Shown here: positions 53,581-61,787 of the stretch, piece after piece | Layout: each line of letters opens with the position of its first letter | How positions within the stretch are numbered: position 1 is the first letter of the stretch | Origin: Actinomycetota bacterium | GTDB taxonomy: Bacteria > Actinomycetota > AC-67 | NCBI GenBank assembly: GCA_036398095.1 | Contig: DASWHR010000127.1 | Span: 1,995 to 65,994 of the forward strand | DNA: 64,000 nt | Direction: 5' to 3' | Notes under the pieces: generated by a model | What the model was told of the DNA's origin: nothing | Databases searched by the model: none | The model's input: the letters and a program-made list of their open reading frames with translations, nothing else | Program-made: the position numbers and the translations under genes

Positions 53581-55923
53581 ATGCTGCTGTCCCGTCGGCA
53601 CCACCGGTCCAATCGGTCCTATCGGTCCTGGCAGGCGGCGCTGGTCGCCGTCGGCATGCTCTTGGCATCGCTGGCATCCGCATCGTCGGCTGAAGAGCCC
53701 TGCACGACCATGCCGGCTCCCGGCACACCCCGGGAGTCGTCCACGTACCGGGAGTCCGTGCCGAGCTTGGAATTGCAGTCGGCGATCGCGGGCTATCTCC
53801 GCGGCGACCCCGACGCATCGTTTTCGTTCTTCAATTGCGAGGTCGACTTCTTCGCGACGGTCCCGAAGACGACCGTGCCTTCCTACGCCGTCCCGACGCT
53901 GACATCGCTCGGCCTGTCCACCACGCCGCGTGCACCCGAGCGCGTGCCGGCGCCGACCGACACGGCGAAACCGGCGCAGAATCTCGACGCGGACCTGTCT
54001 CGAAAGGTGCCGCTCGATCTAGAGGAAGACACCAGGGAAACCGGCGACGCCGAACCGCTCGAGATCCTCGACGGAATCGGCTTGGATCCCGGCCTGCTGG
54101 CACCGACGCAACCCGAGAATCGGACCGCTCCGGCGATCGTGCTCGAGCCGCGCGACAACACCTACCGGCCGGCCACGCCCGAGCAAACCGCGCTCGAGTC
54201 CCGCGCCGCCGCGCCGATCCTGGATGCGTTCCTGTCACAGAACGAATCGGTGTTCCGTCCGATGGGATCGTCGTTGCAGATGAGCGAGTTTCGGATCGGA
54301 CGTTTCGGCCGTCGCGCGCTGTTCGAGCAGATGCCCGGCGGCGTGAAGCTGCTCGAGTCCCGCACGGTCGTGCTGTTCGACAACAACTGGAATGTCGCCG
54401 GGATCTCGCGCATGATCGCCTCGCCGGCAAAGCTCTATGCCGACCGGTCCTCGACGGTCCCCGAGGCCGACGCGGTGCGCATCGCCAAGGGCGCGGCCGC
54501 CGCGGCGCTCGACATTCCCGAAGCGAGCATGCAGGTCGCCTCGGCCGAGCACGGGATCGATGCGATCGGCCGGCACATGGCCTGGCACGTGCGGCTGCTG
54601 TCGTCGCACACCGTTGAATTCGACGCCACCGTCGCCATCCACGCCGGCACCGGCGCGGTGCTCAACATCAGCGACGACGTCATGCACTACACCGACGCGA
54701 AGCTGCGGCGCTGGGGCTACACCAACGGCGACGAAGACAACGCCGTCCAAGTCGTCGCCGGCGGCCAATACACCGCGGACGACAACACGATGCGGCACGA
54801 CTACTTCTACATGCAGAGCGACGAGCGTGACGGCGGCGGCGATCCCGCCGTCCTGCCGGCCGCCTGCGTCACCGCCAACGGGTGGGGCGCCAACACCCGG
54901 GTTCGCGCCAACGCGTACGGCACCACCAGCGGGGCCGTCGATGCGATCCGTCACACGCATCGGCCGGATCGCGACTTCAGCATCTGGAGTCCGGCTCACT
55001 CCGCCGGCAGCTTCGCCGAATCCCACGCCTACTACTGGGCGCGCAAGTACTTCCTGTGGCAGAAGACTGCCTTCGAAGAGCTCGGCGCGCTCCCCGTTTC
55101 GAACTCCAAGAAGCTCAACATTCTGGTGAACACCTGCATCAACGACGTGGGCATCGCGAACTCGACCGCGGTGGCGACCCAGCACAACGAGGCCGAGTCG
55201 AACCCGAAGAACTGGATCGTGGAGTTTTGCCGGTCGGGACTTCCGGCGTGCCCGGCGTCGTCGTATGCGAATTCGGGAAACGATTTCATCACCTGCCAGG
55301 GCGGCGGCTGCTCCTTGCATCCCTCGGTCATCCACCACGAGATCAACCACTACGCGATGGGGACGCTGTTCGGGGTCGGCAGCAGCATCAACTGCAACTC
55401 CGGCGTCCAGCTCGGGTTCCTTCACGAAGGCGGACTGGGCTCGGCGGTGCCGCAAGCGTTCTGGCATTACTGGTACGGCGTCGGCTACAACCCGCCGGTC
55501 GATCGCCTCTTCACCGCCGACGTCGTCCGCGGCCAAGTCCATGCGAGCAACGCGACGCGACTGACCGTCGGAAACTATCTGTGCGTCAACAACGACGACG
55601 GCGGGCAGGGCGCCTACGAAGCCGGCCGCGTCGCCGGACAACCGCTGTGGGAGATCTATCACGGCAAGAAGGTGTCGGGAAGCACGATCACCAACATGCT
55701 GCGGCCCGCGACCGATACCGACTTTCAGATCCTGACTTTCTGGGCCGCCGACCTCGTCGCCGGCTCGACCTACAAGGACCGCTACGAGATGGCCAACCGC
55801 TTCATGCAGGTCATCCTGAACTACGGAAACTTCACCAGCGCCGCGCAAAAGGCATCGGTCAAGGCCGACTGGTGCGAGACCTGGACCCACCACAGCCTGG
55901 GCACCTTCATCAACGACTGCTGA
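53581..55923 (+). CDS. secreted zinc metalloprotease (HExxH; thermolysin/fungalysin-like with a PepSY/FTP-type propeptide)
   Basis: A signal peptide is present. The propeptide-like segment is EADAVRIAKGAAAAALDI...WHVRL. The active site reads VIHHEINHY, with a downstream LHEGGLGS that could supply the third zinc ligand. Confidence 0.7.
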   Translation: MLLSRRHHRSNRSYRSWQAALVAVGMLLASLASASSAEEPCTTMPAPGTPRESSTYRESVPSLELQSAIAGYLRGDPDASFSFFNCEVDFFATVPKTTVPSYAVPTLTSLGLSTTPRAPERVPAPTDTAKPAQNLDADLSRKVPLDLEEDTRETGDAEPLEILDGIGLDPGLLAPTQPENRTAPAIVLEPRDNTYRPATPEQTALESRAAAPILDAFLSQNESVFRPMGSSLQMSEFRIGRFGRRALFEQMPGGVKLLESRTVVLFDNNWNVAGISRMIASPAKLYADRSSTVPEADAVRIAKGAAAAALDIPEASMQVASAEHGIDAIGRHMAWHVRLLSSHTVEFDATVAIHAGTGAVLNISDDVMHYTDAKLRRWGYTNGDEDNAVQVVAGGQYTADDNTMRHDYFYMQSDERDGGGDPAVLPAACVTANGWGANTRVRANAYGTTSGAVDAIRHTHRPDRDFSIWSPAHSAGSFAESHAYYWARKYFLWQKTAFEELGALPVSNSKKLNILVNTCINDVGIANSTAVATQHNEAESNPKNWIVEFCRSGLPACPASSYANSGNDFITCQGGGCSLHPSVIHHEINHYAMGTLFGVGSSINCNSGVQLGFLHEGGLGSAVPQAFWHYWYGVGYNPPVDRLFTADVVRGQVHASNATRLTVGNYLCVNNDDGGQGAYEAGRVAGQPLWEIYHGKKVSGSTITNMLRPATDTDFQILTFWAADLVAGSTYKDRYEMANRFMQVILNYGNFTSAAQKASVKADWCETWTHHSLGTFINDC

Positions 55924-56075
55924 ACACCGAGATTTGGCTCAACTGGCATATTTTCCCATGTCGGATATATCCCCAGAAGGATTGGACGCCCCGACGGCGA
56001 ATTGCTCATTGCGACACAAATGTCGGCTACGTCACCACCGTCCCGATAGGGATCGCTCACGGAGGTCTGGGGAGC

Positions 56076-59000
56076 ATGAATTCAATCCGACGACGGTTCG
56101 TATTCTTGCTGGTCCTTTCCGTGCTGGCCGGCGCAGGCACGGCGATTGCCAGTCACACGGGGCCGGCCACGATCGGCGATTTCGAAATCGACGGCAACAC
56201 GACCGACGATGCGCTGGCCGGCATCGACTGGGACACGTTCCCGGAGGCGGTGACATTCGACGATCCCGAAGGGACCGAGTGCACGACCGACGACGACATC
56301 TTCACCACCGGCGGCTCGAAAGAGAACACCCCGGGATTGTGGGTGTACGGCTGCGGCTCGGCGCCCTCGAAGAGCGACATCGTCTCGGGCGCAACGGGCA
56401 CGCGTGACGTCAACGGCGAGTCGTTCCTCTACATCTCGTTTGCGCGCCTGGGCGACAACGGCGAAGCGAACCTGAGCGTCGAGTTCAACCAGTCCGACGA
56501 CACCTTCGACAACGACAACAACCCGACCACGCCCGAGGTGGTCTTCCGGACCGCCGGCGACCTGATGGTCTTCCTCGAGGTCACCCTCGGCGGACAGGTG
56601 ACCGCGCCGACGGTGTTCGTCTGGACGGGCACGCACATCAGCGGCGCGTGGGTGGACACCACCGGCACCGCCGTCCAGGGCACCGACTGGGACGCGGCGA
56701 CCAACGCGAACGCTCAGGGCCGTTGGAACTTCGCAGAGGCCGCGCTGAGACTCTCGGCGTTCGGCTTCGTGAAAGACTGCCCCGGCCCCGGCCTCCATTG
56801 GCTGAAGACCAACTCGACCAGCGACATCACCGGCGGCGTGCTCAAGGACCGCACCGTCCGCAAGTCGCTGGATCTTTCGAACTGCGCGACAAAGAACTGG
56901 ACGTTCAGCTTCGACCCCGAGCCGATCGCCGGCGCGTCGGTCTTCGCCGTCTACACGGTACCCGGCGGCGAGAACCGCGAGATCGAGCTAACCGACGCCG
57001 ACCAGGACGGCACCTACACGGCCCAGGACACGAGCATCCCTCCCGGCAACGTCACCTATCACTTCGAGGTTCGAAACGGCGCGTCGCTGATCTGGCAGAG
57101 CGCGGAAGGCAACGAGACGTTCGCGCCCGACGAGACCAAGACGAACTCGGGGTCGATGCACTACGACATCACCCTGACGCCGGAGAGCGCCGAGAACTTC
57201 GACGACGACCCGCACACCTTCACCGCGTTCGTGTTCGAGGTCGGCACCAACACGCCGCTTCCGAACGTTCCGGTCAACTTCGAGCTGTTCGGCGGCACCC
57301 CCGACGGGTGCGGAAGCCTCGACCCGACGTCCGGCCTGACGGCGGCCGGCGGAACCATCACCACGACCCTGTCCTCAACCGGGCCCTGCACCACCTCGGT
57401 TCGGGCCTGGATCAACAGCGCGCTCGGGGCGACGACCGGCCTCGACGACGGCGAAGCGTCGGATGCTTCGACGAAGAGCTTCGTCGAGTACGCGCTAACG
57501 GTTACGCCCGGCGACGCCAGCAACGAGACCGGGCAGCCTCACACGTTTACGATCACGCTGACCAAGGACTCGGGCGGCGGGCCGGCCGGTGTTTCCGGCG
57601 CCGCCGTGGACTTGACGCTTGACCCCGGAACCTCGGACGCGCACTTCACCACCGTGAGCGCCGGCACAGTCGTGGACGACACCCACGCGACCTGCACCAC
57701 CGACACGAGCGGGCAGTGCACGGCCACGATCGAGGCCACGACGGCCGGCGATGTGTCCCTGACGGCGAGCTACCTGGCGTCGGACAGCTCCGGGAACACG
57801 CGCACGATCACCGGCGAAGCGAACAAGGCGTACCGGACGTTCGCGTTGAGCGTCACGCCCGGCGATGCCACCAACGAGGTTGACGATCCGCACACGTTCA
57901 CCGTCACGCTCACCCAGGACTCCGGCGTCGAGCCGGTCGGCCTCGCCGGCGAGACGGTCTCGCTCGCCCTCGACCCGGGGACGTCGGACGCGCACTTTAC
58001 CGCCGTCGAGACGGGCACGATCGTCGACGACACCCATGCGACCTGCACGACGAACCTGTTGGGTCAGTGCACGGCCACGATCGTGGCGGCCACGCCCGGC
58101 TCGGTCACGCTCACCGCGAGCTGGAGCAACGAGACGATCGTGACCGGCGGCGCGTCGACAAGCGACACGGCCGGCAAGCAGTATCTCGACTTCCGCCTGA
58201 CCGCATCGCCCGACGACGCGACCAACGAAGTCGGCGACCCGCACACGTTCACGATCACGCTCGAACAAGACGACGGCACCGGCTTCTCCGGACTCGCCGG
58301 CGAAACGGTCTCGCTCACCCTCGACCCGGGAACGTCCGACGCGCACTTCACCGCCGTCGAGACGGGCACCGTCGTCGACGACACCCACGCAACCTGCACG
58401 ACCAACGCCGGCGGGCAATGCACCGCCACGATCGTGGCGACCACGCCCGGCTCGGTCACGCTCACCGCGAACTGGAGCAACGAGACGATCGTGACCGGCG
58501 GCGCGTCGGACGGCGACACGGCCGGGAAGACGTATCTCGAATTCCGCCTTGGCGTCACACCGGCAGAAGCCGTCAACCTGGTCGGCGACCCGCACACGTT
58601 CACGATCACGCTCGAGCAGAACGACGGCTCCGGTTTCACGGGCCTGGCCGGCGAGACGGTCTCGCTCACCCTCGACCCGGGAGCGACCGACGCGCACTTC
58701 ACCGCCGTCGAGACGGGCACCGTCGTCGACGACACCCACGCGACCTGCACGACCAACGCCGGCGGGCAATGCACGGCCACGATCGTGGCGGCCATGCCCG
58801 GCTCGGTCACGCTCACCGCGAACTGGGACAACCAGACGATCGTCGTGGGAGGCGCGAGCCGCGACGCATCCGCATCGAAGACCTACGTGGCGGTCTCGCT
58901 CGCCAAGAGCTCGTGCCCGGACGATCGGGTCACGCGCGGCGGCATCCTCACCTACCGGATCGACTTCTCGACCTCCGGTGCGACGCTGACGAACGCCACC

Positions 59001-60536
59001 CTGATCGACGACCTGCCGGCGGAGATTCGATTCGTGGCGGCCGATCCGATCGCCGGCGTAACACCGGTGACGCCCGCAGTGGGCGACTCGAACGGCACGG
59101 TCTCGTGGACGTTCTCGACGCTGCCGCCCGGCGAGTACTCGGCGACGATCACCGTCGAGGTTGCGCCGGCGAGCCAGACCAACGGTCCGTATGCGAGGCT
59201 GGGCGAGAAGATCACCAATAGCGTCGTGCTGGACGCCGACGAGATCCCCGAGCAGTCGGCCTCGCACGACGTGCTGGTTACCAACGAGGGCGCGGCGGCC
59301 GACGGACGCGCCTTCGGGATCAGCCTGACGGCCCTCGCGACGGAGCTGATCGCGCCGACGCCCGACAGCGACGTCGCAAGCCCGGCGGAGCTGCGCAGCG
59401 TTCCCAACCCGTTGGGTCCGCCGGCGCCGCTGGCCAGGCTGCTGCGCGTCGTGGAGACCAACAACGCGAAGTCCGACTCGACCGGCTACACGGCGTCGGC
59501 GACCGCGGTCGACGTCAACGCGGAGGTGCCCGGCCTCGTCAAGGTCGAAGCCGACAGCGTGATCGCGCGGTCGTCGAGCTTCGCCCAGGTCTCCGGAGCC
59601 GGCTCCTCGCACTCCGGATCGATCGTCCAGAACCTGCGCGTCAACGACACGCAGCACGGTGACATCTCGGAGCCGACGACGATCGAGGTGAAGGACGGCG
59701 CCGGGAACATAATCGCCGAGGTGCACGTGCTGGAGCGGATCGCCTCCGGCGCCGCGGCCGAGGAAACGCAGCCGTCGACGGCCGACATGACCTTCGCCAG
59801 CGGCCTGGCCGTCAACGGGATCCACGTCGTCGTCTACGACCTGGCGTTGACGCCGATCGACGAGTCGACCGACCTGATCGTCTCCCACGCCGAAACGTCC
59901 GCCGCCTACCCGTCGGGCCTTGCCTGCGACGCGGCCATCCCGGCGGTGTCGGGACGCGCGGCGGCCGTCGAGACGGCGAACCTGACGCCCGACGCGACCA
60001 ACGTGGTCGTCGCCGAGGTGATCCTGCCGATCACCGGCGGCACGCGGTCGGCGAGCCTGGCCGACGTGGACCTGCCCTCGGTCGGGACGTCCGACTCGGC
60101 GTTCACCTCCACGCAGGGCAGCATCTCCGGCGACGGGAGCCCGCAGGCTTCCTCCAGCGCGCAGATCAAGGGACTCGACCTGCTCGGAGGCACGATCACG
60201 GCGACCCTGGTTCAGGCGACGTCGTCGAGCACGGCCGCCGGATCGACCGGCGATGCCGTCATCGCCGACCTTGAAATCGCCGGCATTCCGGTCTGCGTCG
60301 AATGCGACCCGGACGTCGACGAAGTGCTGCTCGGCATTCCCGACACGGTGATCCTGCTCAACGAGCAGATCCCCGAGCCGGGAGGCCTGACCGTCATCGC
60401 GATCCACATCTTCGTGGTCGGTGAAGGCAACCCGCTCGGTCTGCCGGTCGGAGCCGAGATCCTGATCTCCAGCGCGCACTCGGACGTGCACGCGGCGGAC
60501 GCGCCGTCGCGGACGAAGCTGCCGATCGAAGGCTGA
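56076..60536 (+). CDS. 1486-aa secreted repeat adhesin-like protein (Big/invasin-type repeats, DUF11-like domain, long C-terminal beta domain)
   Basis: GGAGG lies upstream of ATG 56076. Signal peptide MNSIRRRFVFLLVLSVLAGAGTAIA. The listed 1884-aa ORF begins out of frame inside the protease gene. No LPxTG motif or TM anchor is seen. Confidence 0.85.
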   Translation: MNSIRRRFVFLLVLSVLAGAGTAIASHTGPATIGDFEIDGNTTDDALAGIDWDTFPEAVTFDDPEGTECTTDDDIFTTGGSKENTPGLWVYGCGSAPSKSDIVSGATGTRDVNGESFLYISFARLGDNGEANLSVEFNQSDDTFDNDNNPTTPEVVFRTAGDLMVFLEVTLGGQVTAPTVFVWTGTHISGAWVDTTGTAVQGTDWDAATNANAQGRWNFAEAALRLSAFGFVKDCPGPGLHWLKTNSTSDITGGVLKDRTVRKSLDLSNCATKNWTFSFDPEPIAGASVFAVYTVPGGENREIELTDADQDGTYTAQDTSIPPGNVTYHFEVRNGASLIWQSAEGNETFAPDETKTNSGSMHYDITLTPESAENFDDDPHTFTAFVFEVGTNTPLPNVPVNFELFGGTPDGCGSLDPTSGLTAAGGTITTTLSSTGPCTTSVRAWINSALGATTGLDDGEASDASTKSFVEYALTVTPGDASNETGQPHTFTITLTKDSGGGPAGVSGAAVDLTLDPGTSDAHFTTVSAGTVVDDTHATCTTDTSGQCTATIEATTAGDVSLTASYLASDSSGNTRTITGEANKAYRTFALSVTPGDATNEVDDPHTFTVTLTQDSGVEPVGLAGETVSLALDPGTSDAHFTAVETGTIVDDTHATCTTNLLGQCTATIVAATPGSVTLTASWSNETIVTGGASTSDTAGKQYLDFRLTASPDDATNEVGDPHTFTITLEQDDGTGFSGLAGETVSLTLDPGTSDAHFTAVETGTVVDDTHATCTTNAGGQCTATIVATTPGSVTLTANWSNETIVTGGASDGDTAGKTYLEFRLGVTPAEAVNLVGDPHTFTITLEQNDGSGFTGLAGETVSLTLDPGATDAHFTAVETGTVVDDTHATCTTNAGGQCTATIVAAMPGSVTLTANWDNQTIVVGGASRDASASKTYVAVSLAKSSCPDDRVTRGGILTYRIDFSTSGATLTNATLIDDLPAEIRFVAADPIAGVTPVTPAVGDSNGTVSWTFSTLPPGEYSATITVEVAPASQTNGPYARLGEKITNSVVLDADEIPEQSASHDVLVTNEGAAADGRAFGISLTALATELIAPTPDSDVASPAELRSVPNPLGPPAPLARLLRVVETNNAKSDSTGYTASATAVDVNAEVPGLVKVEADSVIARSSSFAQVSGAGSSHSGSIVQNLRVNDTQHGDISEPTTIEVKDGAGNIIAEVHVLERIASGAAAEETQPSTADMTFASGLAVNGIHVVVYDLALTPIDESTDLIVSHAETSAAYPSGLACDAAIPAVSGRAAAVETANLTPDATNVVVAEVILPITGGTRSASLADVDLPSVGTSDSAFTSTQGSISGDGSPQASSSAQIKGLDLLGGTITATLVQATSSSTAAGSTGDAVIADLEIAGIPVCVECDPDVDEVLLGIPDTVILLNEQIPEPGGLTVIAIHIFVVGEGNPLGLPVGAEILISSAHSDVHAADAPSRTKLPIEG
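57480..58890 (+). repeat. four tandem 351-bp coding repeats (117-aa Ig-like modules)
   Basis: The string CACACGTT recurs at 57540, 57891, 58242 and 58593, an exact 351-bp period. Units 3 and 4 are nearly identical over long stretches. A diverged unit 0 precedes them at about 57140. Confidence 0.85.
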
Positions 60537-60544
60537 AACAGACG

Positions 60545-60573
60545 CCGGCAGCGCCCGGAAGGGCTGCTGCCGG
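60545..60573 (+). terminator. terminator hairpin 1 after the adhesin gene
   Basis: CCGGCAGCGCCC-GGAA-GGGCTGCTGCCGG, with one bulge. Confidence 0.6.
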
Positions 60574-60581
60574 GGAAGGGC

Positions 60582-60613
60582 GACGGCGCCGGGCGAAGCA
60601 GCCCGGCGCCGTC
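60582..60613 (+). terminator. terminator hairpin 2 after the adhesin gene
   Basis: Perfect 13-bp stem GACGGCGCCGGGC / GCCCGGCGCCGTC with a 6-nt loop, followed by GTTCGTGTG. Confidence 0.6.
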
Positions 60614-60779
60614 GTTCGTGTGCGGCCGATCCACAAAAAATCCTAAACGTCGCCGGTCATCCCGGGCCGAATCGTTCATTCAGCGACGAATCGGACTCCA
60701 GATGGTTCGACGTCAGGCCGAGTAGTCGGGTGAAAGCGCGTCAAGACCGCCCGCAAGCCCTTGAAAGGACTACCCGGTC

Positions 60780-61787
60780 ATGTCAATCCCCGTCCGCACG
60801 TCCCGAATCGTCATCGCATTTGCGATCATGCTGTCTCTCGCCATGTCGGAATCGGAATCCGGATTCGAATCGATCCCGGTCGCGAAGCCGGCGAAGACCG
60901 TCAAGACCGCCGGCGCGCCGAAGCTTTTGTTCGGCGCCTACGCTCCCGCCTCCGACGAGAATCAGATGGGCAACGTCGGCGATCTGGAGTCGGCGCTCGG
61001 CACGCGGCTCGACATCGTCCTGTTCTATCAAGCGTGGGCAGGCGGCGGCGCTCCGTTCCGCCTCGACTGGATCGAGACGGCGGCCGCCGGTGGCCGCGCT
61101 CCGCTGCTGACGTGGGAGCCGTGGGTTCCGGGCGGTTCCGCCTCACAGCCCGACTTCAGCCTGCAGGCGATTCTGGACGGACGCCACGACGACTACATTC
61201 GCAGCTGGGCCGCCGGAGTCAAGCAGTTCCCGAACCTGGTCTATCTGCGCCCGATGCACGAGATGAACGGAAACTGGTACCCGTGGTCGGGCGTCGTCAA
61301 CGGCAACTCCCCCGCGAAGTACGTCGCCGCATGGCGGCGCATCCACGGCATCTTCGCCGCGGCCGGCGCGAAGAACGTGCGCTGGGTCTGGTCGCCCTAC
61401 GCCGACGACGTGCCGTCGACCAACCGCTTCGAGCCCTACTATCCCGGATCGAGCTACGTCGACCTCGTCGCGATCGACGGCTACAACTGGGGCGGATGCG
61501 AGCCGACCTACGGCGGCTGGCGCTCCTTCGATCAGCTCTTCTCAGGCCCCTACAGCCGGATCATGAAGATGGGGACGCGCAAGCCGGTCTGGATCGGCGA
61601 GGTCGGGACCACCGAGTTGGGCGGCGACAAGGCGGCCTGGATCGCCGGCATGTTCACCGTGCTCAAAGCGAAGTACCCCTACGTCCGCGCCGTGACCTGG
61701 TTCCACACGGTCAAGGAGTGCGATTGGAGAGCAACCAACCCGGCGGCGGCACGGATCGCGATGGCGGCGGGGCTGGCGGCTCGTTGA
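60780..61787 (+). CDS. secreted GH26 family glycoside hydrolase (beta-mannanase-like)
   Basis: An N-terminal hydrophobic signal is present. GH26 motifs: YLRPMHEMNGNWYPW, WVWSP, and IGEVG (nucleophile Glu region). Confidence 0.8.
   Translation: MSIPVRTSRIVIAFAIMLSLAMSESESGFESIPVAKPAKTVKTAGAPKLLFGAYAPASDENQMGNVGDLESALGTRLDIVLFYQAWAGGGAPFRLDWIETAAAGGRAPLLTWEPWVPGGSASQPDFSLQAILDGRHDDYIRSWAAGVKQFPNLVYLRPMHEMNGNWYPWSGVVNGNSPAKYVAAWRRIHGIFAAAGAKNVRWVWSPYADDVPSTNRFEPYYPGSSYVDLVAIDGYNWGGCEPTYGGWRSFDQLFSGPYSRIMKMGTRKPVWIGEVGTTELGGDKAAWIAGMFTVLKAKYPYVRAVTWFHTVKECDWRATNPAAARIAMAAGLAAR

Noticed and set aside
54882-56075. The first about 400 codons of the listed 1884-aa ORF 54882..60536.
   Set aside because: This part overlaps the metalloprotease gene out of frame and translates to Arg-rich nonsense. 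The adhesin starts at ATG 56076, which has an SD and a signal peptide.
57495-60491. 998-aa minus-strand ORF antisense to the adhesin gene.
   Set aside because: It is a GC-rich antisense shadow, with an R/G/D-rich translation and no start context.
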